In this document: positions 39,030-53,833 of the stretch, piece by piece | How the letters are laid out: each line of letters opens with the position of its first letter | Numbering within the stretch: the stretch's first letter is position 1 | DNA from: the human T2T-CHM13v2.0 reference genome, Homo sapiens | Assembly: GCF_009914755.1 (NCBI RefSeq) | Contig: NC_060936.1 | Length of the DNA: 64,000 nt | Strand: one strand, 5' to 3' | The notes under the pieces: generated by a model | Told to the model about the DNA's origin: nothing | The model's database searches: none | Seen by the model: only the letters and a program-made list of their open reading frames with translations | Program-made: the position numbers and the translations under genes

Positions 39030-42000
39030 TGCATTATTTAATTTATATGAAGTTCTAGAAAACTAATATAAAATGAAAAACACTCAGAAGACTTTTCTGG
39101 GTAATCGTGAGTGGTTTACTGAGAAGGGACATGAGTGAATTTTACAAATATACAGAGAGCATTTACACTGGGAAACAGGACTCCAGATCCAACAATCTTA
39201 TTACACATTCATAAGAATGGTGGAAAGGAAGAAAAAAAGCCGGCACAGTTCTGTCTGTTTATCTGTTTATCTAGCTTGAACTCACCTTACAAAAAGGTTG
39301 TTGTCTATTGCATTGTTGTACTTCCTGGAGGGGAAGTTAGAATATGAATAAACAATGATTTTTTTTGTTCCATAAGAGGCTATGGTCAGATATACTCTGG
39401 CCAATAAATATCCTTCCGTGAATAACAATAGGCCTTCCTCTTAGTCCTTTGAAAGACAAGAGAACAAGAGAAAACAACAACTCTATGACTGACAGGTCCA
39501 CAGAATAGCTCTGAACACCTGTGCAGGCTGGCCTGGAGGTTCAAAGTTCCATTCAGGTGCACTTTTTGGAAAATCTATGTAATCTGACTCTCTCCGTCTC
39601 TCTCAAGGTTAAAAATACTTAATTTCATATGTAATTTCATATGTAATAATAGTAAATAAATTTTACTATTTATAGAGTTTTTAATTTGTGCCATGAATTA
39701 TCTCATATGACCTTCCCAAAAATCCTATGGTGGATAGGGGTGGGAAATGAGACTCAGATAGTTTGAATAATTAGTTCAAATTTGCCAGGCTAGCAAGATG
39801 TAGAGCCTGATTCCAACCCACGTAATCTGACTCCAGAGTGCACATTATTAACCACTGGCGAGTCAATTGACGCAATGTAGAGACCTAGGGAGGAAATGTC
39901 AGCAAAGCGTGAGTATCCTTCCTTATGGACAGTCTTAGCCAGCAAGCTAAAAGAAATGCAGCCGACGGATTTTGGCCCAAAACTGTTCAGCAATCCAATG
40001 TCTCTAAAAGATAATGAAAACAAAAATGAAGTCTACTTTTGTTAGAATGAAGAATGACTGGCCTGAAAAACTAGTGGAGATATTTTTAAGTCAAAAGATT
40101 CAAAATCAAAATATCAAAGGGAGCTCTGCATGTTTTCAGGCAACGGGAGTAGAGTGAGAGGTGAGGCTTGAATTTTTAAATGGTATTCTCCTTTATTTTA
40201 GAATATTATTATTTTTGCCCCAGTTTTCATGAAGAAAAGAGATAAATGTGTACTATTTCATATTCTTACTGCTTGCATCAGACATGAATTATCGGAATTT
40301 AAATGCCTTATGTAATACACAGTGGATTAGTTTATTTTACTACTTTGATGGTGTTTTTTTAATATAAATTCAGACACATTTATTTCCTATCCCTGAGACA
40401 AAAGAGCTATTGATAGAAGCAGAACACACATGTATGCGGATGACTGTTTATACAGATATGGTATAAATCTATATTTCTATCTTATCAAAATACAGACTTC
40501 TGACAAGGTTAGAAAGAATCGGCCATATTAAAACTATTGCCATCAAACACAATGTTCCAAGACCCCTAGGATAAATAATAACAAGAATAAATATTTTTTT
40601 ATAAAAATGAACCCCTTGTCTATGATTTTGGATTTTTTTTCAAGATCGTATGTATCAAAAGGATTACAAGAGGCTAATGCCATAATCAGCCATATGACCT
40701 TGGGTAAATCACTAAGATTCTTCTTATCTTAGAACAAGGGAGTTGGAGTCAAGGCTGTGACTCTGAATTCTTCAGTCTTGTATATTCCAATATGGCGTGG
40801 TTGGGATGAGAGGTACAATTTAGAGACTTTCCATGTGTTCCTTCAAACTCCTCATTCCACTTCCCCATTCTGCATGGAGGCACCTACAACATGGTAGAGG
40901 TTGAACCAAGTGAGGCAGTTGACATCTCTAATAGTTTGCCACTAGCATAGTATCTGTGTTTTGAAAAGTCATTGGACTTTGGAGGTATGTATTCCAAAGC
41001 ACCATGTAGCTGGAACTGTTTTGATAAATCTTGTAAAAAAAATCCCAATTGAGTAGCAATAGGGAAAAGCATCCAACACTTACAGGAAGCTCCAGCTGAT
41101 TGGGGATAAATGAGCTCTGTACTCAGCAACAGCTGCAACAACAGAGGGCCGAGCCTCGGTAGGTGGACATGCACAGAACGAGCTGAGCTGGGGCCTGGAA
41201 TTTCCCGAAATGAAATCCAAGAACTGTTTAGGTTGACCTTCTCTCTCTTAACACAGTTGACCCTTAAGAAATAAGAGATGACACATCCCAAAGCACACCA
41301 AGTTTTTACAACCGCAGCTTAAAAAAAAAAAGGAAAAGTTGGAAAATGAATGGCAGTCCTCTTGCAATTCTGGAAGAATAAACTGGTTGATTTGACTGCC
41401 TTCTGTTTGGGGAATAAGCAAAGCGATTATTTAAGAATCATATATGCTGGGGCTGCTGCGGAATGCAGAGTTTCTAGAAAACAGATTTATCTGTCAATTA
41501 TAAGCAGGCTTCCTGCACTGCAGGACCTGCTTCCACATAGCAGTCAGGGTTACAGTGACATAAAACAGAACACCATGAACTGTATTTAGAAAGGCTGATG
41601 TAAAAAATGCAGTGGGGAGGAAGATTGAAATGTTTGCAGAAATATAGATAAGCAGGCACAATATAAATGAGGAAATATGTTTTCTTCCCCCAACAGCATG
41701 ACAGCCTCAACAGTATTTTCCAGGGAATTGAAAAAAGAATTTTCTTAGCAGGGAAAAAATAAAAGTGGTCATCTGCTGGCTAAGTATATAAAGACACATC
41801 TTAAGAGCTTTCTCTAAAGTAGGTTTCTCACGTGAAAAATGAGGCTGTTATGAGGTACAGCCCCTCAGTTTACCCATTTCCATATAGCCTAAAATAATGG
41901 GGCTTAGTGTGATAGAAAATAGTGGCAACTAAAAATATCTGTCGCAGATAAGGTTTCTCTTCTAGCCATGACTGTGTCAAGTTACGTGGTCTTTGCTTTG

Positions 42001-42335
42001 CTCTGCTGCATTCTGATAACATACACTTAAGTAATTTTGTAAAAAAGCTATGCCTCACTTTCATAAGCATAAAGGAAATAAGATCAGTCATGAGGAACAT
42101 CTGGCAGGAAGTTCATGGAAAGGGAATTCACCAGAATTATTCAACTGGGAGGGGCCTTGGAAGCCATTTGTTCTAGGTTTCCATATGTTGGCCTGAGGAA
42201 CTATGTACTTTGTTATGTAAAAATCACGGAAAATAGAGGTCAGAGATAAAGTGAGTTCTATTTTCACAAACAGAATGTCTATAGATATAATGATTTTCAT
42301 AAACTACCTTACACTGAGTGTGACAACATAAATAA

Positions 42336-42652
<317 letters not shown>

Positions 42653-42749
42653 AAAACAGTTGTCTATGATCAATATTGTTTTCTCTCTTCAATTCACTCC
42701 AGTGTTTCTCTTGGTCCCCACACTAATAACTGCCTCATCATGGGCTCTG

Positions 42750-42960
42750 ATAGTCATGTTACCAAATGCACACTCAGTTCTCAACCTTCATTTACTTGAC
42801 CTATCAATAGTATCTGGCATAGCTGATCATGGTCTCCTTCCTGAAACTTGTTCTTCATTTGGTTCTGGAATATCACACTCTCTTGGTTCTTCTACTTCCC
42901 TACCCTTTCTTATTGTCTCTTCATTCTTCTTCTTCTATGTAACCTCTAAATATTGAAGTG
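42750..42960 (+). mobile_element. L2 internal fragment (approximate bounds)
   Basis: 'tcatttacttgacctatcaatagtatctggcatagctgatcat..tctccttcctgaaac'. Confidence 0.6.
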
Positions 42961-43401
42961 AATTTATAAGAACTCTAAGTAATTCATCAGCTTAAGGAAA
43001 AACAAAAAGAAAATGACTAATTATGTATAAATTGGATATATTGGGAAAAATATTTTTTAGCAGGGAGTCCTTTTAGTGGCTGTATCTGAAAACAAGGTCA
43101 TGAATAGACTCTGCTCCCACAAACCTCTAGGAAAGCAGACTGTTCTTATAATCATGTGACTTTTGCAATTTGGAAAGCAGAATAAACTTCTCCCTGGAGG
43201 CCCTTTATCTTATTCAAATGTTAGAACTTAACCACAGGGTGGCCTTAAAATTTGGAAACATAGGCACATGTTTGCCATTTTCAAGTGACTAAATCATGTC
43301 GTTAGTTGATGGACTAGGAGAGGCGGTCCAGAGTGATGATTTAAGGCTGGTGCCCTACCTCATTGCACCGCAGTGGCAGGGTTGGATATCTAGGGTGCAC
43401 C

Positions 43402-43730
<329 letters not shown>

Positions 43731-46700
43731 TAGTTTTGCACAGCACATGGAACTACATATTGTGGATGAGGCTAACACAGTGAACACTGTATTAAAAGAG
43801 AATATCCAGAAACTACTTATGTGCATTTTCCTAAGCTTGGAGATTTTATAAGCACCCTGTAGAATCCTCTTCCACTGAGCAATGCAAGTAAATGTGTCAT
43901 GACCTACTCTGGCCTTCCAGCTCAAAAAGCTTATTGACAATATGAGAAGTCCTTGACTCCTGAAAAACAAAGGGATTTTTGACCTCTATAAAACTGCCCA
44001 GAATAAACAAGGAAATTGATATCTGTGTAGTCCTTGCTGAACACTATACATAATACTAGAAACTTATACACATTTACTCCATTAACCCTTATAAATTCAC
44101 AATGCAGAGATGGTGCTTAATCATCATTATCACCATATGGAGTGGGTACTAACTAACGTTTTTAGGCTCCAAGAGGTTAAGGAACTAAGATTTAAACTCA
44201 TTTCTTCTGCTTCTATCTCTTCTCCATGCCACAGCTTTTGTTCCATTTTTACAAATGTGTAAACAGCGGCTCTAAGTGATTGAAATTTTTACCTGAAATT
44301 ATATGGCCAATATATGGCAAAGCTGAAATTCAAACCTGAGCCTTTTTGACTTTGGAGTACCATGTTTTTTCATCTATAGCAAAATTATTATGCATCTTTT
44401 TAAAGGCAGGGGCAAAGAGGGAAGATAGAGGAAAGTCAGGAGGAAATTCTGGGTCTGTGTCTTTATGCTGGACAAGGATGAGCTTGATGTGTTAAAGAAA
44501 ATAGCAGATTTCAGAACATTCATTATTTTGTTTTTCTACAGCCTTGAGTAGCTGAGTTGGAATCATCCCAGAATTAGGACCAAATTAAAGTTGAAATCAC
44601 TGCACAGTTATTTCAATGGACAGGAGCACAGTGCTAATGAGGTCAGGGTCAGGACTCCAGACTGCCCGACTTTTCTCTGTTCTAGCGCCAAAATGCAGAG
44701 TTCCCCCTACACAGCCAACTCAGAAACTCACCCTGTTGGTCACAGGCAGGACCCACTAAGACAGCACAAGTCAGCACACTTGTTATTGCTGCCAGAAAAA
44801 CAAGGTCCAAGCTTATGCCCTATGGCTGGTGGGTCAGAGCCACTAGCTTCATATTCCATTCAAAAGAGAGCCTTTTATATTGGCAGAGTAACAAACAACA
44901 TGAACTTCATCTGTGGATTCTATCAGATGCAAAGTTGCTAGAATGGTTAATAAAACATCAGAGCTCATGAAGAAAACATAATTCTCTGTGCTGCCCCTGC
45001 AGGGATTCTAATCCTCTTTGTGCCCATTCTATTCCTGTAGGTGCACAGAGTTCCCTGCAAAGTGAACTTGATCCAGCTTGAGATACACAACAGAAGATGT
45101 AGGCCACCCAACCATAATATACAGCAGCACTAAAAAAAAAAAAAATGATTAGTATTTACTTCAAAAATATTGAGTTCAGAACAAATTGCATAAGATTTTG
45201 AATTTTTTTAAGTGACAGGTTACTTCAGAGAAGGACTTTTGAAAAAAGAAAAAGGAGCCAAGTCTTTAGATCTAGTAGAATGTCTATTAAATTGGAAATG
45301 TCTGTTTTCTTTTTAGTTTTCCCATTAATGAAAAGAGGTCAAGAGAACAATGTCTTCATAGAATGGAGGGTACAGCAGGGCATTAGCTTTTATTTTCATA
45401 TGTTAATAAAAATCAGAATTGATATTTTTCAGAAAATTACAACAAAACAATGCAGCAAATATACAAAACTGTTTTCCTGTTAGGAAGTGGAGCTAGCAAA
45501 GTAATGCATCTCTTTTGCAAGATTTCAGTTGGGGAACAAAAGCAGCTGTTTGCAGTTTATTTCCAGGTGATTGTAATTATACTGACTCAGTCTTTTGCCC
45601 TAGAAGAGGGCTGAAAATCTCTGAAAGAGACGACTGGCCTTCTAAGATTTTCTGACAATGGGTACAAGAAGAGTTCTGGGTTCTTTTTCACACTCAGGTT
45701 ATATGAGGCCAGTGTCTTTAAACTAAAAAAAAAATAACAACTATTAGTTACCTGCACTGGAAATTACTGTTGAAGCTCTTAGGTTCTATAGCCTAAAACA
45801 TACAGCCCTTACTTCCTGCCTTTCCTGCTTAACACATATATTATATTTGCACATGTACATTTATAGCCAACAGTTGATCTCCAAGGAGCTTGGTTGTCTA
45901 GTTAAGCATTCCCAATACTGATTGGACCGCACATCCTAACTTCCTGTCTTTGGCCCATCTTCCACTGTGGCATGGTTGTTCTAGCTATATTTTTCTACCT
46001 TGAGTTGCTGCCCAAGCAATGATAACTACTAATGCTGAAAAGAGTCATTGATTTCCTGTATATCCACAAGAATAGCTCTTGCCTACACAAAGGGAAGAAG
46101 GCACTAAGAAAGAAGGCACAAAGAATCTCTGATGGGCCAATAGTTCAGTCTAGCAATGGTGTGAATGTCCCAAAGTACATGAGACGTGTCTGTAGACATT
46201 AAGCACTGAGTTCAGTGAATTAGTCCCCTACTTACTAAAGAAACACACCCTGATTTAGGGATTGGCAAATGTATACCTGCTAAATATTTCCTCACTCAGA
46301 TACTCTCTGCTGCCTAGAGGTCAGTTTGACAAATTTATTTGTGTATCGTGCGCATTTGACTCCTTACTCAAGGCTCACTGTCTGGGCCCACAGATTAATT
46401 ACAGAGAAGCAAGTGATGGAACCAGTCAGGACCATAGTCTGTTGTTTTAATGTGAAAAGGGCAACCCCTCCTCCTGGAATGTGGAAACTGAAGTTCGCCC
46501 CATCACTAATTGAATCAAGCCAACCACTAGAGCTGAATTACCTGCTTACTAGAAAGCCTGGCTCTTCTAACTATGTGGAGAGGGAAAAGGAACCTGCTGT
46601 AACATCTCTGACCCAGTCTTATTTCACTGGGGAATAAGAAAGGTATTATTTGCAAAACTAAATGTTTAGAAGCTCGCTTTGAAATCAGTTAGGGAGTCTG

Positions 46701-48379
46701 GGTGCTGATGCATGCTCTGTTCAGAAGGAAAAACTAAGCAGGATGGACTGGAGGCCAAGCACTTCCTACCTATTTTTCCAAATGCCCTACTTTCTCACTC
46801 TGATTGTCCACCAAACCCCCCCGTTTCTTTTGTCTAGTCAACAAAAATAGAACTCAATGCCAAGATTAATGCCAGAAAAATAAAACTGGGAACAAAGGGA
46901 AGATAAAAGTTGGATTGTAGAACTTACATATTTGCCTACATATTCCACCCCCTCAATACTACAGTTATTTGTGTGTTGTAATAATATACCAGCTTCTCAA
47001 AATAGTTACTGTTATAAGTAGATAAATGTCATAAATTAGCCAGGTAATATGCAATTGGTTTTATTTTTAACACCAATAGACTTTGGCCAAAATTAATTAA
47101 TGGGTTATTAATATCTCAGAGATTTTTCTTTAAATACATCAAGACAACTTGCTAGATAATGATCAAAGCGGATACATTTATTGTGTGGGCTATTCCTTTG
47201 TATAAAGGACTAATAGGAAAGGCCAGAGAATTTCAAGTCACAATTCAATTCTAACTTTTGCTTAATTTATCTTTAGAGTTTGTGGTTAACTTCCCTTACA
47301 GTTTCAGCCTTTCTCTATGAGGATTTAACTGGAACCCTGTAATTTCTTTGTACTGTCATTTGTATTTCCTGTCTCAATAGCCTCACCTTGAAACTGGGCA
47401 AGTTCCCAAAGACATCATAAGTCAAAGTCAAGTTGAACTACTTTTCAAAGGCTTTTTTGGTGCCCTTTTCTAACCAGGGAACTTTTATTTACCTTGACTC
47501 ATGGTTCCAGGAGCTTAGAAAAACCTTTGCTGCTGATTCTGCTAATACTCAATAACTCCTTTTCAAATTGCCTAAATGTTAAGTAAATGCCATCTATAAT
47601 TAACTGAAAATTATCAAATGCCATATTTGTAGCACTTGATGCCTTTTTGACTTTTTTTAAGTTGATTTACAATGGCAAACAAAAAAAAAAGCAGTACTTT
47701 TTTCTTTTTTAAAAAAAATCTGTAATATGCCACAGTTATCTGGCATAATTATGATATGAGTTACTCCAGTGATAGTTTCCTGATTTAGCAAGTTGACCAC
47801 CTGAAGCTTCAAGAACTATAACAGGAAGAAATATGCAGAAGATTCTGGAGTCCATCTTTTCTACTTATTTGTTGAGTAACCCTCACCCCTTTAAGCTTTA
47901 GTTTTGGCATCTATAAAATAGAATCCACTTTGTGAACTATGAAAAACACCTGGCTCATAATAAACATGGATTACAAAATCATGTTATTATTACAGAGTTG
48001 TGTTCTACCTCTCCCACCAGATACTGGCCAGCCTTTAGAGTAGAAAACGCCTCATGCCTGTTGCTATAAGGACTGGTGAAGGAGCTGCCAGGCAGAAGCA
48101 CTGCCGGTCATCTTTGCCTTTTTCATTGCTTGTTCCACTCTTCCACCATCAGTGGCCTTCTGCTCGCCATCCAGCGGCCTCTACCCTACCATCCTCAAAG
48201 CTTCTATTTTCCACTGGTTCTTTTTCCCCTTTTCTTCTTTCTTTTGCTTCTTTTTCCTGTTTTCCTTGGCTTCTTTGCATATACACATCACCAATTAGCA
48301 TATCCTTTACCACCTTTTCCTTTTAATCAGAGAACTGACATTGGTTTTCAGTTCTTAAAAGCTTTCTTTCACCCCAGAA

Positions 48380-48497
48380 CTTAAAGCATAATAAATAATA
48401 ATTAAAGCATAATAAAAATAATTAAAGCATAATAAAGTAATTTAAAAATAATTAATTAAACAATAATTAAAGCATAATAAAGCATACTAATAAAATA
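48380..48497. repeat. AT-rich imperfect minisatellite (about 20-bp unit taattaaagcataataaaaa)
   Basis: ttaaagcataataaa recurs four times, plus a partial copy. Confidence 0.85.
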
Positions 48498-49639
48498 GAT
48501 TTAAAATTTTTAAAAAAAGAAAAGAGAAGCTTTTTAGCTTTCTTTCTACCACAATCACTCTTATCTCTCTTTCTATTCAGAACACTTGAGGGTGAAAGTA
48601 GACTTGATCACTACTTGCCTGAGGTTTTGCTATGTCTAATGCCAAAAGTCATAATCAAAGTCAGCTACTCATTTCTATCTTTTCCGCTTATTCTTCAACT
48701 CCATCTATCACATAACTGCTAAAAACATCAACAACTCTTTTGTGTATTAATGATGATTGCTACGTTCACTGAATGTTGAGGAGGTGCCAGTATCAAGCTG
48801 AGCATTTTAATTGTAATATTTCGTTTACTTTTCACCACAATCCCAGGAGATAATAATAATGGTGTTGGTGGAGGGGATGGTGATGATAACTCCCATTTCA
48901 TAGAAAAATAATCTAAGGCTCATAGAGGTTATCCAGCTATTAAGTGATTAGGGGACAATAACTAATAAATCTTGCTTAAGAGTCTTAGCCCTTAACTCCA
49001 TACTCTATACTTTTTCTTATAAATTTGTTAGTAAGAAGTCCTCTGGGCTGATTAAACTTTGAATCAAAGAATTCTCAACTGAGATCTCCTGTTTAAGAAA
49101 AACTTACAGTAACCATCTGAGAAAATGTGTATAAAAGTAAATAAAATCTGCCTTTCCCTTCCTATTGAACTCTGTCATCCATCTCCAGTTTAGAGACAAC
49201 CACAAAAATCCAAGTAGGAGTTTATTTTAAAGATCCCACCTGTGGGTCACAAACCCCTGCGGCACTCTTGATTTACTGCAAAGAGTTCCCAAATCCATAT
49301 GTACACCAAGCAGAGTACAAGTCTGTTTTCCAAGTAACTAAATAGAGGCTGTTGACAGGAATAGTAGTACAAATGAATTTTTTAAATTTACTGATTTTAT
49401 AATCATTTCATCACTTGTAATCATTTTCATTTCCTCTATCAAGGGATGACTAAAGTAAGTCAATTATCATATGAATACATGATAACTTATCTTAAAAGTA
49501 TTTACACTCAGAAAATAGGTATCTAGATATGATTAGATATGAGGCTTCCTTTGTTATTTTGAAAGGCAGAGTTGCCCAAGCAGCCTGAATTTATGTTGAG
49601 ATCTCTACATTCTAACTTCAACTCATGCTTTGTGTGAAT

Positions 49640-49860
49640 GGTATAGGTTAGTGGTAAAGAATGCTGGTGCTGAATCATAGCTCTGATACTGATGAACTGT
49701 GTGACCTTTGGCAATTTACTTAACTCCTCTGTTGTTTAGATCCCTCTTCTGTATGGGGAAAGTAATAACATCTACCTTTTATACATATTTTAAAAGGTTT
49801 TAAACATGACGTCCTTAGAATAGTCCCTGGCACAGAATAAGCTTTCAGTCAATGTTGGGT
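49640..49860 (+). mobile_element. MIR (approximate bounds)
   Basis: 'ctgtgtgacctttggcaatttacttaactcctctg'. Confidence 0.7.
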
Positions 49861-49969
49861 TTTTGTCTGGTGCTCTTAGTATTAATAGAAGCAAATCCAA
49901 TCATTTGAAGGAATCACGGTCTGAATGGCAGGGTTACTCCCACTTTGGTTATGAGAAGAATGGTAGATT

Positions 49970-50240
49970 TAATCTATCCCTGCCCCCTCCTTCCTTGGTG
50001 CTCCTAATTCCTCTTACTTGATTTCACATTTTTTTTCTTTTTTCATAACATTCACACTGTAATGTACTACATAATTTATTTATTGCTTATTAAGTACTCT
50101 GTACCCACCCCCTACCCCAGGTAGAACATAAGCTGTACAAGGGCAGAAATATCTGTTTTGTCCACTACTATATTCCAGACACAAAGAGCAGTGCATAGCA
50201 CAGAGTAATTGCTCAATAAGTATTGGCTAAGAATGAATAT
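49970..50240 (+). mobile_element. L2 3' end (approximate bounds)
   Basis: 'tagaacataagctgtacaagggcaga...gctcaataagtattggctaagaatgaat'. Confidence 0.7.
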
Positions 50241-50437
50241 AAGGATAATTTGTCAAATATCTTTCTCAAAATTTCCTACATATTTCATTTTTCTCCAGCC
50301 TTTTCACTGCCCTTTCAAGTCTGTTCTTCAATGAACAAGAAAAATAATATCAGGACTAATATTTTGGGGGCACTTCCTGAATTCCATGTAATGTACCCAG
50401 CATGAAAAACACGTCATCTCACTTAATCCTATGAAAA

Positions 50438-50883
50438 CAGTTGAGCTTTAAACAACGCGGGTTTGAACTTGCAGGTCCACTTATAAATAGATCTTTTTCT
50501 GCCTCTACCACCCTTGAGAGAGCAAGACCAACCCCTCCTTCTCCTCCTCTTTAGCCCACTCAACCTGAAAACAATGACGATAAAGACCTTTATGATGATC
50601 CACTTCCACTTAATAAATACTAAATTTTTTTTCTTTCTTATGATTTTCTTAATAACTTTTTTCTCTAGCTTACTTTACTGTAAGAATACAGTATATAATA
50701 CATATAACGTACAAATAACGTGTTAATCTATGGTTCTCTGGGACAAACTGCTCATGTTATTAGCAAAGCTTCCGGTCAACAATAGGCTATTGATAGTTAA
50801 GCTTTTGGGGAGTCAAAGTGATACGTGGATTTCCAACTGCACAAGGGTCTGCGCCTTTAACCCCCTAGTTCAAGGGTCAAATA
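50438..50883 (+). mobile_element. Tigger2a (TcMar-Tigger) inserted in a minus-strand MIR
   Basis: TIRs cagttga.c.tt.aacaac / gttcaagggtcaa; internal 'agcaagaccaacccctcct', 'gacctttatgatgatccacttccacttaat'. Confidence 0.85.
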
Positions 50884-52404
50884 TGAGTACAATTGTTCTC
50901 TTCATCTTACAGAGGCTAAGAGAGGTTAAGGCACTTGTCCAAGGTCACACAGATAGTTTAAGTAGGAAAGCAGGTTAGAGCCCCCAGTTAGTCGTACTGT
51001 GGCATCTGAGCTCTCCAAGTATGACTCTTGGCCTGGCACAGTGGCCCTTCCATGGAAGATGGAACCTGAGTCCTAAGGTTAGGACCCAGTCCCAGAGGAG
51101 ATGCTTTATCTGCACACACTGAGAACAGAATCCCCAGAGTCAGTGAAGTGAAACTGAGGCTGTCTGTGTTTGCCAGCATGCTAACATGAATTTTACGGTA
51201 ACAATGTTTCTATCTTCCAGTTCATTGCATTTACTCTGCCATCATGAATAACCTATCCCAGTGCATGCTAATCTAACAGCCTAACCACAGAGTAATGATA
51301 AAATGAAATCCTGCCACATATGAGGCCCTGAATTTTTAGCAGCATTTACCACTCGATATTAATTAACCTAAATGATCCATGAAGATTTGGCTTTGCAAGA
51401 AGTTTGACTATCTGTGTCTGCAAGGTTCTGTAAGATTATGTGTCTGAACGATTGGGATAATTAATTCCACTAGTCATGAAGGAGAAGCTCATGGGATTTG
51501 GAAATGAGATGTGGGATTTAAGCATGTCCCAGTTTCTGTGGCAACTGTGGCTTCAGTGACAACGAGTCAGGGCACGGAGTTACTGAACTGCCATCACCCT
51601 TGTCTAGCCTTGGGCACTTCCAGATCACTCTAAGCAGAATCATTATTATATCTGAGAATATACTCATTTTACAGGCCTGTGTAGGATTCAACAACACAAG
51701 GTGGCATGTATTAGAGTGGTATCCTAGAGCTCCCAGGCAAGGAGATTACTTAAACAAATATTCCAGAGAGGAAGTGATGGAATTGAAGTTGTGTGGCAAA
51801 TATTGAGATGCTTAATGAGCACAACTGTCCCATAGAGACTCAGACACAGCTAGGCTGCGTCTCTCTAATCATTTATGGCATGATAGTGGTGCAATTACAG
51901 AGAGGGAATCCCATCCCCACCGTTGCTACTCAGCAGGCAGGGGAGCCTTGATGAGACTGAACTGAATGAGAGTTCTCCCTATCATTATCTTTCCATTCCC
52001 TCCTTTAATCCAACTGATCTTAAATACTCATTCAATGGAAATGTGGCCTTGTAAGGATGAATGCTCCTGTTCCTCCTTAACTATTTCTATTAGTAAATCA
52101 GATTTAAGTCAGAGGCTTAATATATTTTTTTACATATTTCACACACAAACATACATTAAAAAAATAAGCATTTTTGTACTTTAAAAAATATTTTACATTC
52201 CCCTCAATTATTGAATAAAAATGGATTGGCATTTCCATAAATAAAAGCTGGAATTAAAAGAATAAACTGGAGCTGCTGAGCAAAAGTTTATCAAAAAGTG
52301 TTTTTAGGCAAATAAGCAATAATAAGCAATCGCTTAAATGATCTACATCAGAAGAATAACAATTTCTCTGGGCAGCAGGATGGTAATATATATATTTTTT
52401 TTAA

Positions 52405-52725
<321 letters not shown>

Positions 52726-52864
52726 AGCAGTCTGATATATTTTAGTACTTATTTGAACTAAAGAAGCAGGGAGCTGCTTTCCAGTCATCTTGGAGGAGGC
52801 AGATTATTTTTCTTTCTATGCACTTAAGGATGCAGGTACCTTAGCTGAGGTGGAATGGTAAACA

Positions 52865-53010
52865 ATGGATAGATAGGTAGATGGATGACTGGATGGATGG
52901 ATGGATAAATGAATTCATTCACTATTTATTGAGCACTTTTGTTTTGGATACTAGGGACACAAAGTCATCAAAGATAAAAATCTCTGTACTCATGGAGCAT
53001 GTATCCTAGT
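52865..53010 (-). mobile_element. L2 3' end next to a (GATG)n repeat
   Basis: 'ttcattcactatttattgagcac...ggatactagggacaca'. Confidence 0.6.
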
Positions 53011-53485
53011 GAAATACTAGAGAGATGCTTGAATAAATCCAAAATGGGTATGAGAGCTCTTAAGTCCCTGTTAAGTTGTTTCACAAACCATAGAGTGCAT
53101 TTGCCTTAACCTGAACAGACTCTTAAGCATTAGTATCTGCATGCTGTGGGATTATTGCTGCCATTGAGATCAAACTGCCTTCTATACTGATGAATGACAT
53201 ATCCATGGATGGAGCCAAAAATTAAAACTAAGGGAAAGTATTAAAATGAAAAGTACATTTTGTTCCTTCTCTGTGAGGGATAATACACATATCTAAAAAG
53301 TACCAGGTGTGCTCTGTGCACAATTGTGTCTGCAAAGCTAAGGAAGACTGGTATTGGTCAGGCCATTCATGAGAATATACTTGGATTTTGCTTACTGTAA
53401 ATAAGCAAAAGGAAATGAAATTTTTCATGAATGTAGACTATGGCACCTATCACTCTCATTTCTGAAAGAAATTAGGCCTGCCTAG

Positions 53486-53833
<348 letters not shown>

